Shown piece by piece: positions 29,900-39,621 of a stretch of 64,000 nt of DNA. Position 1 is the stretch's first letter. Each line of letters starts with the position of its first letter. Source of the stretch: an uncultured virus (IMG/VR IMGVR_UViG_3300042898_002817) (taxonomy: Duplodnaviria; Heunggongvirae; Uroviricota; Caudoviricetes); the IMG/VR virus record IMGVR_UViG_3300042898_002817. The stretch is one strand, 5' to 3'. Under the pieces are notes generated by a model, which was given only the letters and a program-made list of their open reading frames with translations, ran no database searches and was not told where the DNA came from. Made by a program: the position numbers and the translations under genes.

Positions 29900-30922
29900 T
29901 TATAATAATCCTGCTAATTTTTTCCAACGATTTGCTAATTCAAATCCTTCGCCTAAAACTTGTCGTGTTGCTGTCGACGGTGCGGTTGTATTTACCGCTC
30001 TCGATGCTAAAGATTCTTTAACTACACGCTTTGTTGTTGGTCGCTTAAATGATTCAGCAATTGTTGTAAATACTAATTTTACTTCTCTTGTATTAGTTGC
30101 TCTATCAAAATTTTCAATTACTTTCATTTTTTGATTTTCTGACAACTCATAATTACGGAACAATTTGTTTGTATACAAAAGTTTTGCATTTAAAAGATTA
30201 ACTTCGTTGATAATACTTTTTAATTTTTTTACAGTATTATATGCTTCCGTTAATTTTTCTTCCGTATCTGCTAATTCAATTTTTGTATCTTCTAGCTCTT
30301 CACTTAAATCATCAGTTTTTTCAACTGGTGGTCCATATGGTGAATCGCCTTCTTCTGCTTCACGAAGAATTGCTTCGATGATTTCATCTATGCTTTCGTC
30401 GCCTTCTGGTGCCAGTTCTTCTTCATACAGGTTTTCGTCGGTATCTGCATACTCGTCTACAATTTCTGTATCCGGAGCTACTGTTGTATCGCCTTCTAAT
30501 TCTCGAATTATTTCGTCAAGATCTAGATCACCATGTATACCTTCGTTGTATTCTGCGCCCATATCTTCGTCAGATGCTGGCTCTTCTTCTGGCATTTCTT
30601 CTGGCAGGTCTTCGTCATCGCTGCCCATTCCAACTGTAAAGTCGTAATCGTTGCCTCCAACTGTTGCAGATAATGAATCGTCTGTCCATGTAAAGTCATC
30701 GCCTTCCGGTGCTACTTCTTCTCCTGCTGTTGGATCTATTGCTAGGTCTTCGGCCGGTAATTCTTCTTCGCCATCTAATTCATTCTCAATCTGATCGGAA
30801 ATCATACGTTGAATTCTAGGGGCGAATGCTTCTTGTAATGCAATTTTTGCATTTGCTAGAGCTGTTTGTTTAACTGCATTAGCATCTGCGATTGCTTCTT
30901 TTAGCAAATCTGATTTTGCCAT
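29900..30922 (-). CDS. Prohead scaffold/core protein (gp22-like)
   Basis: Very acidic with many LxE sites; directly upstream of the capsid gene; SD TAAGGAG. Confidence 0.8.
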   Translation of the reverse strand: MAKSDLLKEAIADANAVKQTALANAKIALQEAFAPRIQRMISDQIENELDGEEELPAEDLAIDPTAGEEVAPEGDDFTWTDDSLSATVGGNDYDFTVGMGSDDEDLPEEMPEEEPASDEDMGAEYNEGIHGDLDLDEIIRELEGDTTVAPDTEIVDEYADTDENLYEEELAPEGDESIDEIIEAILREAEEGDSPYGPPVEKTDDLSEELEDTKIELADTEEKLTEAYNTVKKLKSIINEVNLLNAKLLYTNKLFRNYELSENQKMKVIENFDRATNTREVKLVFTTIAESFKRPTTKRVVKESLASRAVNTTAPSTATRQVLGEGFELANRWKKLAGLL

Positions 30923-31050
30923 TTTTCTCCTTAATTTTGTTTGTTTTGGAAATAAGATTATTTGAAATCTTAATAGAAAATATAAATTATAGACACTATA
31001 TAGAACGATAGCGTATTTACAATAAATATATGAATGTTTAAAAAAACAGT

Positions 31051-31078
31051 AAAAAAGTCCTAACTTTTTGCTAGGACT
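31051..31078 (-). terminator. Intrinsic terminator after bS21
   Basis: AGTCCTAGC-AAAAA-GTTAGGACT-TTTTT. Confidence 0.8.
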
Positions 31079-31100
31079 AGTATTTTAATTTAAATTTTAA

Positions 31101-31346
31101 TTAAATTGCGTGTCTATCTCGTATTTTTTGAAAGAATTTTGCGTTGGTTAATTGTTGTCGCTTCTTGATGCTTGGTTTTATAAACTCGGTTAATTCTTTT
31201 GTTCTTTCTAAAATTTTAGAATGTTTAATTTTGCGTTTCCATGTTTTTAATGCAAATGATAGATCTTCTCTTGTTGATCCAATAACATTAACTGCATTTG
31301 TATTTCCTGGGATAATTGATTGATGGTGTTTTTGCTTTTTGTTCAT
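31101..31346 (-). CDS. rpsU: Phage-encoded 30S ribosomal protein bS21
   Basis: V.V....EDLSFALKTWKRKIK...ILE......FIKPSIKKRQ matches the bS21 pattern (ALKrFKRK...fxKPS.kR); basic, 81 aa. Confidence 0.85.
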   Translation of the reverse strand: MNKKQKHHQSIIPGNTNAVNVIGSTREDLSFALKTWKRKIKHSKILERTKELTEFIKPSIKKRQQLTNAKFFQKIRDRHAI

Positions 31347-31355
31347 ATAACTGTT

Positions 31356-32300
31356 TTAAATTGTTCTTTGTTGTGCAGGTCTAGTAGTTTGTTGTTCTCC
31401 TCGTACATTAAATCTAAAATGTTTAAGTTCTGGTTTTTGTGCTAGGTAACCTTGTAGTTTTTGTGATTCTAATGCAGGGTCTTGTCCTAATCTATAATAG
31501 ATATATCCAATACGTCCTGTTTTTGATAATGTGCTTTTAATAATATTAAAACCTTTTTTTGTAGACCATTGTTGTATTTCATCCATCACACTACGAGCTG
31601 TTTGTGGATCACGTACTACATATTCAATGCCGCCTCGATAATCTGTTAAATTATTAACTAGTTGAGCTTCTTCTAATTCAGCATCTGCTGCAATTGCAGC
31701 TGGATTTTTAGTGTCAACCGTTATCTTTGTTTCTCGTAATTTAATTTCAGCGTCTGCAACATAAATTACTGAATCTTCAGAATTTTCATGATCTACATTA
31801 TATCCTGCAGAATCTGCATAATCAATAAATCGATCAAATTCTTTTGTTGGTAATATATAATATACATCGCCCGTTACATCTTTTTTGTATTCTAATTCTC
31901 TGCTATGATTTGCCCGTAATATGTCGTCCAATTTTTCGTCATTAATTGAAAATATAATATTGTTAGGATCGGACATAGTTTTAAATACCTGAGCAAATGA
32001 TTTTGCATCATAAACTTCTTCGCCATATAATTCAATAGTTTCATTATCAAGATTTATGTAAATTTCAGCTCCTTGATGTTTCATATCTAAAATAATAGTG
32101 CTATAATTTTTACCAATAGCAGTTCCGCCGCTGATTCGTTTGCCTGACTTTTCTGCCCATGTTGCTGCTTTCTTAACAAGTGCTACTGCATAAGATCCTT
32201 TATTTTTAGCAAAATCCATTATGTTGTATGGAACATACGCAGCTTCGTTAAGCCGGTAGCCAAAAAAGTCTTTATACATTTGTTTGATTCGAGTCATCAT
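31356..32300 (-). CDS. Modular hypothetical protein, probably head-associated
   Basis: 314 aa; segments are separated by RLNE/A, KLRE/T and LEE/A sites. Confidence 0.7.
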   Translation of the reverse strand: MMTRIKQMYKDFFGYRLNEAAYVPYNIMDFAKNKGSYAVALVKKAATWAEKSGKRISGGTAIGKNYSTIILDMKHQGAEIYINLDNETIELYGEEVYDAKSFAQVFKTMSDPNNIIFSINDEKLDDILRANHSRELEYKKDVTGDVYYILPTKEFDRFIDYADSAGYNVDHENSEDSVIYVADAEIKLRETKITVDTKNPAAIAADAELEEAQLVNNLTDYRGGIEYVVRDPQTARSVMDEIQQWSTKKGFNIIKSTLSKTGRIGYIYYRLGQDPALESQKLQGYLAQKPELKHFRFNVRGEQQTTRPAQQRTI

Positions 32301-32311
32301 TTTACCTATAT

Positions 32312-32340
32312 ATTATAATATTTTTTATTCAAAAATCCAA
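32312..32340 (-). promoter_or_regulatory. Class-A promoter TTGGAT-N17-TATAAT driving the 32300-bS21 unit
   Basis: -35 at 32335-32340; perfect -10 at 32312-32317. Confidence 0.7.
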
Positions 32341-32341
32341 A

Positions 32342-32722
32342 TTAATTAACATCAAAATAACGATTCAAATGTTGTCCAATATTTTCATAGGCCATGGCCA
32401 TTCTATCTTGTGCTTCTTTTAATGTAGTAGCTGCATCAGCAAAGTCTTTGTAATCTTCATGCATACGTTTATTGCCTTTTTTATGGGCAACATTTTGCAA
32501 CCAATCGTCACTTTCCGTCATTATACGATCTGCTCGTTCAACTATGTTTTTAACACGTTCACATGTACGTTCTAAATCACCTTTTCCATAAACAGATTCT
32601 CCTAATACTGAAAAATTTGCTATTTCTTGCATAAAGTTTTGTTTTTCTTCTCGCGTCATTGGAGTAGGCGTATCTGCTTCTAGAATAGTTTCTAAAATAA
32701 ATTTTAAATTTGGAGTTCTCAT
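32342..32722 (-). CDS. Hypothetical head-module protein
   Basis: 126 aa, helical; starts MRTPNLKFILETILEA. Confidence 0.75.
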   Translation of the reverse strand: MRTPNLKFILETILEADTPTPMTREEKQNFMQEIANFSVLGESVYGKGDLERTCERVKNIVERADRIMTESDDWLQNVAHKKGNKRMHEDYKDFADAATTLKEAQDRMAMAYENIGQHLNRYFDVN

Positions 32723-32724
32723 AA

Positions 32725-33354
32725 TTATATTCTACATTTACCGTCATCACATAAAATTGATGTAATGATGCTGTTTACTTTGTTATATTTGTTATTGATG
32801 GTTTGTTTACTTGTTGATTCATTCATGTGCGTAGGACGCATAAACGCACCCTGTGTAGATGGATTAGATACAAAGTCCCAACATATTAATTCAAAGTCTT
32901 CTTGAACTTCGACGGTGCCTTCACTGCGCAATTCTTTAACTGAGCCTAACCCTCGACTAGAAATACCCAATGTTATTCCGGCCTTAAACAGTTCTTTTAA
33001 AATCTTTCCTGATGGCGTTTCTAGGATCTGTACAGCCCCACATAAATCATCGCCCTTCCACCATATCTTTAAAACATTGTGTGAAACATTGTTTAAATTA
33101 ACTACAGATGATTCTGGGTGATCTAATTCGCCTAATGCTCTATGTTGATCTATATATTCTTGTTGATATCGTTTGCATTCTCGTTCTAAAATAGATCTAG
33201 GATATATTCTGCCATTTTGATTTTTTGCAGATGCACGTTGTAAAACACCTTGTACAACAACACCCCCAGGTACTCCATATGCAGCACCAGATGATTCTGA
33301 TAATGACTCAAATGGTTTGAATGGCATATATTCTAATATTAGTTGTTTTGACAT
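32725..33354 (-). CDS. Prohead protease (T4 gp21-like)
   Basis: NQNGRIYP, ALGELDHP, VSH, GISSRGLGS, DFVSNPS. Confidence 0.95.
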   Translation of the reverse strand: MSKQLILEYMPFKPFESLSESSGAAYGVPGGVVVQGVLQRASAKNQNGRIYPRSILERECKRYQQEYIDQHRALGELDHPESSVVNLNNVSHNVLKIWWKGDDLCGAVQILETPSGKILKELFKAGITLGISSRGLGSVKELRSEGTVEVQEDFELICWDFVSNPSTQGAFMRPTHMNESTSKQTINNKYNKVNSIITSILCDDGKCRI

Positions 33355-33357
33355 TGT

Positions 33358-33903
33358 TTATTCTCCTAATGATCTTACTCGTTCTGCTATTTTTGTTAAT
33401 CGTTCTGCAATTTTTGTTAATGATCCATTAACTGATGTTCCGTATCCTTCTCTAGTTATCCCAGATTCTGTTTTTAATCGAGAACTATAATTTACTAGTC
33501 GTTCAATTTCTTGCAGTTTAATTGCAACATCTTTAATTGTACGTTTAACTTTATCTTCTGGCGTTGTTTTTGCGCCGTCTGTAGTAAATTTACGATATGA
33601 CTCAATAAGTTGTTCGTACTTTGAATCCATTGATTCTTGCACTTTTTCATATATGTTACTAGTTTTATCTAATTTTTGAGCTTCCAGTTTATTTACATTT
33701 TCATATTTGAATTTTTTCTTTTTAAAATTCTTTTCTGAAGTAAATGCGCCCGGAGTATTATATCCAGCAATTGCACCCGTTACGTTTTGTTCGTCTAAAT
33801 CAGATTCACATATACAGTCATCAATTGAATTGCTGCAATTGCTACATGTATCTTCTTCAAGTTCATGAAAATATTTAGACATTTCTGATATTAATGATTT
33901 CAT
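33358..33903 (-). CDS. Hypothetical prohead-core-like protein
   Basis: Lies between portal and protease, where T4 has gp67/gp68; charged and helical. Confidence 0.6.
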   Translation of the reverse strand: MKSLISEMSKYFHELEEDTCSNCSNSIDDCICESDLDEQNVTGAIAGYNTPGAFTSEKNFKKKKFKYENVNKLEAQKLDKTSNIYEKVQESMDSKYEQLIESYRKFTTDGAKTTPEDKVKRTIKDVAIKLQEIERLVNYSSRLKTESGITREGYGTSVNGSLTKIAERLTKIAERVRSLGE

Positions 33904-34760
33904 ACATGAATTTCTTTTAACTCTCGAATTAGATCAAAATATCGTAATAATGATAATACATGAGATTCTTTAATAGTTTTCATGTTTTCTACAGTACATA
34001 ACATTTCAGATAATTTTTTTACTTTGATTTTAGTAACAGTATCTGTAATTTGTTTTGACTGCGTAGCTAATTGAGTTTTGATTTTAGGAATAATTGTTTG
34101 TATATATTCTTTTAATGCGGTTGTATCATTTACATTGGTAATGTATTTATTTAACAATTGCTTTTGTGATTCGTCTAATACCGAATATTTTTGATTGAAT
34201 TTATCTACAATTAATTTGTATGTTAATAATCGCATATCTGTAGATTGTGATTTAAATGCTTCTAATACCGGATCTTTTTCGTTTGTTAATAATTGATTAG
34301 ATTTGGTATTACGTCCATGATTAAAAATTACAAATTTGCATTCTAACAATTGTTTTGGATTTGCTGTCTCAACGTTATCAAATATCATGCAAATAGATGC
34401 TAATGATTTATAATTTGGTATATGCATTTTTGACATGTTTTCAAAAAGGAACTTTTGTGAAATTTCTTTTATCAAATTATATCGCTGACGTTTTAATAAT
34501 GATTGATTCAAATTTGAATGTGCTAATTTCATTGTACGAATATATTCAAATGCACGGGCTTCGCTAGAAAATGTTTCTTTAATTAAAGATGTATACATGC
34601 ATAATTCTTTAGATAATTCGGTATTTTTGCCAAAATATTTTTTTATTAGGTCAGCAGTTACTGTTCTATTCGAAGACATTGTTTCTGATGTTAATTTATG
34701 TACCAACATTTCAAACAAAAGTCCGGTGTTTTTATACTTCGAATGTTTTAATTTCTTCAT
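33900..34760 (-). CDS. Hypothetical head-module protein
   Basis: 286-aa ORF downstream of the portal with its own ATATTTAT motif. Confidence 0.75.
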   Translation of the reverse strand: MKKLKHSKYKNTGLLFEMLVHKLTSETMSSNRTVTADLIKKYFGKNTELSKELCMYTSLIKETFSSEARAFEYIRTMKLAHSNLNQSLLKRQRYNLIKEISQKFLFENMSKMHIPNYKSLASICMIFDNVETANPKQLLECKFVIFNHGRNTKSNQLLTNEKDPVLEAFKSQSTDMRLLTYKLIVDKFNQKYSVLDESQKQLLNKYITNVNDTTALKEYIQTIIPKIKTQLATQSKQITDTVTKIKVKKLSEMLCTVENMKTIKESHVLSLLRYFDLIRELKEIHV

Positions 34761-34801
34761 ATGAATGTAATCATTTTATTTATGTATAAATATGTTGTTT
34801 C

Positions 34802-36637
34802 TTATAAAATATTATCTTCATCTAATAATGAGCCTCGATCACTATCGGATTTTACTATTTTATTTGATTTTAATGATTCTAGTATTATTTTTGGTGTTTT
34901 GCCTTTTAAATAATTTAATATGTTATGACGACTTTCTGCAGTCGGTGCTTTTTCAGCAGTCGGTTTGCCTGGAAGAAATGCTGTTGTTTGATTTTTTGCG
35001 TTAAATGCTTGATCAATTTCTTTTTTACCGGTAGGATCCCAACCAAATTCATTTTTGTGTTGACCATATTTAATTCCTTCGGGAGGTCTCCCTCCTTTAT
35101 CTTTTTCTTCAACTTCATTTGATGACATATGCACTGTTGCTAAATCATGCGGTGTACCAAAAGATATTCCTGTAATAGCAGGATCATTTCCTTCTTGTTC
35201 AATTTGATTTTGACGGAATCGTAATTTTAAATCTTCAACTACATCATTGCGTTCTTGTAGCCATTGTTCCTCTGACATATTAAATATGTATTCATATATG
35301 TATCTATCTGAAACTAGTTTCGAATCTTTCATTGCATTAGCTAATGTTATTTTTTCATTCATTAATGCAACTTTTTGTTGATCATATATTATTGATGGTG
35401 ATGTTAATTGTAGTTCAAATCCAACTAAATCTTCGCCTTCAAACCCTTGCGCATATAAATGTACAATTGCAATCTTTGTTAATTCAGAAACTACAATTTT
35501 TTGAATGCGTTCTATTGTTCTAGCAAATCGTATGTCCATTGATGCTAATGTAGTTTTGCCTTCAACGCCTTCGCTGTATCCCAGAAACGGTTTAGGTATT
35601 TTAAGTGCAGCCATCATTTTATGTTTAACATAATCAATATCTTCTATTCCGGTAAAAGTCATACCCGGTAATGTATCAATTGCTGTAGATGATTGGCCTC
35701 CTCGTACTGGTAAATAATAATCTTCTAACATGTTATTTAGATTAAATTTAAGATTATAATTTCCCGTTTGTGAATCGATATGTGGAATTTTTTTCATTTT
35801 AGTAATAATTCCTTCCATAAATGTATCTACTTCATTTGGCGGAATATTACCAATATCAATTTTAAAAACACGTTTTTCTGGTGCACGCATAATACGATGT
35901 ATTAACATAGCATCTTCTAACATCATTAATTTTTGAAATTCCTTGCGAGCTCCTTCTAACATAGATCTACCATATGGTAAAAAGTTAGAGTCTGATAACA
36001 TTCGAAAATGTGCTATCTCAAATACATCGTATGGCAGATTTTGTGCTGATGGGTGCTTAAATGTAATTTTATATTCGCCAGTGTCTTCACTATATTCTTC
36101 AAATCTTTCAATTTCATAGCTAGAAAATGGTCTAGCATTTAATATCCCAACATTTTCAGCAATATCTAATTTCAAGAAAAAATCACCATATTTGGTCATG
36201 TTGCGAATCCAAGTCCACAAATTAAAATCAATGTTTAATACATCATAAAATAAATTATAAAGTATTTTTTGTATTTGTGTTTTGCTAGTTTTAATTGTTA
36301 AAATATCTCCAAATTGATCAGCTAATGTTGATTCGTCTGAATATATATCTAATGCTGAACTAATAATTGGGTCTTTGTCCATCATTTCGTAATCAGTATA
36401 TAATTGAATACGATTTTGATTTAAATTGTAGTTTGTATCATATCCTCCATTTGCACCTCCGGAGTATTTGTTTGAATTATACATTCTAGCATAGCGATCA
36501 GTAACTTTTGTTTGATTTATATTACCAACACCTTGCAATCGGTTTGTATCTACTACACGTAATCGATCTTTTCCATATGACCGTACTATTACGTTTGTAC
36601 TAAATAGATTTTGTAAGCGTTTTCTTAAAGATGGCAT
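34802..36637 (-). CDS. Portal protein (T4 gp20-like)
   Basis: LEDAMLIHRIMRAPEKRVFKIDIGN, EDYYLPVRGG, IDTLPG, ALKIPK. Confidence 0.96.
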   Translation of the reverse strand: MPSLRKRLQNLFSTNVIVRSYGKDRLRVVDTNRLQGVGNINQTKVTDRYARMYNSNKYSGGANGGYDTNYNLNQNRIQLYTDYEMMDKDPIISSALDIYSDESTLADQFGDILTIKTSKTQIQKILYNLFYDVLNIDFNLWTWIRNMTKYGDFFLKLDIAENVGILNARPFSSYEIERFEEYSEDTGEYKITFKHPSAQNLPYDVFEIAHFRMLSDSNFLPYGRSMLEGARKEFQKLMMLEDAMLIHRIMRAPEKRVFKIDIGNIPPNEVDTFMEGIITKMKKIPHIDSQTGNYNLKFNLNNMLEDYYLPVRGGQSSTAIDTLPGMTFTGIEDIDYVKHKMMAALKIPKPFLGYSEGVEGKTTLASMDIRFARTIERIQKIVVSELTKIAIVHLYAQGFEGEDLVGFELQLTSPSIIYDQQKVALMNEKITLANAMKDSKLVSDRYIYEYIFNMSEEQWLQERNDVVEDLKLRFRQNQIEQEGNDPAITGISFGTPHDLATVHMSSNEVEEKDKGGRPPEGIKYGQHKNEFGWDPTGKKEIDQAFNAKNQTTAFLPGKPTAEKAPTAESRHNILNYLKGKTPKIILESLKSNKIVKSDSDRGSLLDEDNIL

Positions 36638-36688
36638 AATTAATATATTTTAATTATAAATATAACTTGTTTTAGAACAATGCAAATT

Positions 36689-38266
36689 TTAACGGATAAG
36701 CCACGTTAAATCTTCATTATTGAAGCCATTGTTCCATGACCAACCGTCGGGCTGTCCTGCAGGCTTTCCGGTATATATAACCGGGTCTGTTTTTTGAAAT
36801 TGTGATAATGATCTTTTTGTTAATTCAATTCCTTGTTGTCGTAACTTGAGTGATGTATCTCGTAACCAAAGTCCAATACAGAATGCCATAACTAGGTCAT
36901 CATTGTATCCAGATTGTGATTGAGCTTTTCCGTTCAACCAAATAAATACAAATAATTCTTGAATTAATCGTTTACTTCTAATTACTGGAGTTCGTTCACG
37001 CATATACATTTCTAGTGCTGATATCATTAATGGCCTAGTGCGAGTTGTAGTTGATACTCCAGGAACCATTTGGCTCTTATCTTTCATATCATACCCTTTT
37101 TTCAATTGCACATCAGTATCAACATATCCATCATCTTTATATGTATAAAATATATTTTCATAGTTTCTGTCTAGTGCCGGCTGTATTGCAGCCCAACCAA
37201 TGTTTGCATTTTCGATTGCTAGCAACGCCATATTCCATTCAGTTGCAACTGTTACAAGCATATTGCCAAAATCTTTGGGAGGTAGTTTGCCTTTATACTC
37301 AGCAACTTGTCTAGTGTCTTGAATATCTATTACATGAAATGTTGACCAGTCACCTCCATCGCCTCTAGCAACGTCAGCAACAACTAAATAATCTTTTGCA
37401 TAGTCCGGATATTCCCATATCCAATATGCATTATCAAATCCTCGCTTTTCAATTGGTTCACTACATTTTAAATCATATTCTAATAGTATTGAACCATCAA
37501 TTACAGTATGACCTGAACTAATAAAATCGCAATCACATTCTTGTGCAGCACCACGTTCGCCTAATAGTTGTGTTTGTTGATCGCGCCAATCTTGGTTACG
37601 TTCTGGGTGTAATTCCCAATTCAATTTAATTGTATGGAATCCATTTATTTCTGCTTCCGCATCTGCCCATGTTTGATGAAACCAATTACCTACTCCGTTT
37701 GGCGTAGACAAAACTATGGCTCCTCCACCTGTTGATAGTGTTGCCTGCGATGCTATCCAAATTTCTTCAATGTTACGAATAAATGCTGCTTCATCTATAA
37801 TAAGCAATGATAATGCTTCTGAACGTGCTCCAGTTGTTGCAGATGATACTGCTTTAATTTGTGAGCCGTTTTTAAATTTAAGTGAAAGTTTATTGTCAGC
37901 CTCAATTGTACCTTTTAGCCAACTAGGCAAATTGTCGTGCATTACTCGCACTTTAGTTACCAAGTTTTTTGCTACTTCTTGAGTTGTTGCAATAACTAGT
38001 ACGTTAAAATCATCTGCAAATAGCATGCTCCATAATGCAAATCCTGCTGATAGTGTTGATATTCCTAACTGTCTAGATTTGAGTATAACGCTGTATCGAT
38101 TGTCTCGTAATTCAGTTAACGACTGCTCCTGAAATGGAAACAAATTAAATTTAATTTTACCTTGTTTGGGATGTTGAATGTAACAATATTGCCGCATAAA
38201 AAATACAGGATCTTTAGCACACATTAAATATTGTTGCTGTATTATCTGCTTTATGTTGGTAGACAT
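36689..38266 (-). CDS. Terminase large subunit (gp17-like)
   Basis: KSRQLGIST, LLIIDEAAF, STPNG, VADVARG, DDLVMA. Start placed at MSTNIKQ (38266) to avoid a long overlap. Confidence 0.95.
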   Translation of the reverse strand: MSTNIKQIIQQQYLMCAKDPVFFMRQYCYIQHPKQGKIKFNLFPFQEQSLTELRDNRYSVILKSRQLGISTLSAGFALWSMLFADDFNVLVIATTQEVAKNLVTKVRVMHDNLPSWLKGTIEADNKLSLKFKNGSQIKAVSSATTGARSEALSLLIIDEAAFIRNIEEIWIASQATLSTGGGAIVLSTPNGVGNWFHQTWADAEAEINGFHTIKLNWELHPERNQDWRDQQTQLLGERGAAQECDCDFISSGHTVIDGSILLEYDLKCSEPIEKRGFDNAYWIWEYPDYAKDYLVVADVARGDGGDWSTFHVIDIQDTRQVAEYKGKLPPKDFGNMLVTVATEWNMALLAIENANIGWAAIQPALDRNYENIFYTYKDDGYVDTDVQLKKGYDMKDKSQMVPGVSTTTRTRPLMISALEMYMRERTPVIRSKRLIQELFVFIWLNGKAQSQSGYNDDLVMAFCIGLWLRDTSLKLRQQGIELTKRSLSQFQKTDPVIYTGKPAGQPDGWSWNNGFNNEDLTWLIR

Positions 38267-38271
38267 CTTGT

Positions 38272-38658
38272 TTATTTTATAAGTTGATTGACAAGTATCC
38301 CAACGCCAAACGCTGAAACAAATCCTGCTCCGAACCACAATGTATTTTTATTGTACCATTTTGGTTGCAATGATTTTTCTCGTTCCACATACAAATCGAT
38401 GTTGTCTTGTAACAATTTAATTTGTGTGTCCTTATAAGATATTTGTGTTGTATTTAGTTTAATCAAAGTATCTTGTTGCGTTACTAGTATTTTATATTCA
38501 GCAATAATGCTAGTATTTTTTTCATCAGCATGCAATAATGAATCTATCATATTAGAGATTTCAATCAATTCTTGTTGAGTAAAACAGGTATCAGGAGCTT
38601 GCGTTTTTTGTGTAAAAATGCTGATTGGTATCAATAATATGAGTGCTAGAAGTTTCAT
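38272..38658 (-). CDS. Membrane protein, possible spanin component
   Basis: N-terminal signal-like hydrophobic stretch, coiled coil, C-terminal transmembrane segment. Confidence 0.5.
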   Translation of the reverse strand: MKLLALILLIPISIFTQKTQAPDTCFTQQELIEISNMIDSLLHADEKNTSIIAEYKILVTQQDTLIKLNTTQISYKDTQIKLLQDNIDLYVEREKSLQPKWYNKNTLWFGAGFVSAFGVGILVNQLIK

Positions 38659-38987
38659 ATGCTATTTTTTTTATTGTTGCGAACTTTATTTAAAATATTT
38701 TGTTTAGCATTTTTTGCTGTTGTTGGCTCTACTTTGATTGGTTGTGATTCTAATTGTTCAATTTTTGTTTTTTGTTCATCAATTGCAGTAACTAGTAAAT
38801 CAGATTGTTCATCTAATATTATTGTTTTACCTTGCAATTCATCAAATTGCTGTTTATTGTCATCAATTTTCTTTGCAGTTTTTTTTAATTTTCGATTAGT
38901 ACGTTGAGTTTGTGTTATTGTTAGTATCCCAATAAGTCCAATAATAGCAGCTACGATCCAGTGCCAATATAATTTAATTGTTTTCAT
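38655..38987 (-). CDS. Putative inner-membrane spanin (Rz-like)
   Basis: Single N-terminal TM helix (WIVAAIIGLIGILTI) followed by a coiled coil. Confidence 0.55.
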   Translation of the reverse strand: MKTIKLYWHWIVAAIIGLIGILTITQTQRTNRKLKKTAKKIDDNKQQFDELQGKTIILDEQSDLLVTAIDEQKTKIEQLESQPIKVEPTTAKNAKQNILNKVRNNKKNSI

Positions 38988-39618
38988 TTTGTCTTCCGTT
39001 TAGTTTATTTAAAAAATTTTCTTTGAATATATCAAATTGTTTTTGTATGGTTTCGTTAAATTCTTCTGGTGTCATTTTTGCTGACCAATGTTCAATTTCT
39101 CCGGTGCCACTTGTTACGAACTTAGATGCTTGTGTATATGTATCTTTTAATAATGCAACATCTTGTTCTGCTGTTGCTAACCATGCCATAGCATTTTCAT
39201 GAATTTTTTTATGTTCATATTCATCATACGTGCCGGCTGTTCTTAATTCGTGTTCCATTTCTATTACGCAATCAAAACACATTTTATGTATAGTTTGCAT
39301 TTTTTTATCTAATGGATGTACTCCAGCACATGTGCAGGTTTCTTTTCTACAATTAGGAAATTGTTTTAATTCGGTACGTAAATTATTGATTAAATCAGTT
39401 TTTTTTGTTTTACGTACTCGATATCCATCTTTTTGTTCAACAACATGTATAGTACCAGACGTGGATGTTTCTTCCCAAATATCACCAACATCGCGATGTT
39501 TTGTTTGTTGATCTACAACTTGTTTATCTTTAAATCCTATTATTTTTTTGGATTGAAACTTGTGTTCGCCATCTAACATTTGTTGGACAGCTTTAATATT
39601 ATGTAACTTTTTAGACAT
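38974..39618 (-). CDS. Hypothetical protein with a Cys cluster (possible Zn finger)
   Basis: CRKETCTC...CFDC. Confidence 0.65.
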   Translation of the reverse strand: MSKKLHNIKAVQQMLDGEHKFQSKKIIGFKDKQVVDQQTKHRDVGDIWEETSTSGTIHVVEQKDGYRVRKTKKTDLINNLRTELKQFPNCRKETCTCAGVHPLDKKMQTIHKMCFDCVIEMEHELRTAGTYDEYEHKKIHENAMAWLATAEQDVALLKDTYTQASKFVTSGTGEIEHWSAKMTPEEFNETIQKQFDIFKENFLNKLNGRQNENN

Positions 39619-39621
39619 TTG

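Noticed and set aside
38974..39618. Small terminase subunit assignment
   Set aside because: Only proximity to the large terminase supports it; no recognisable motif.
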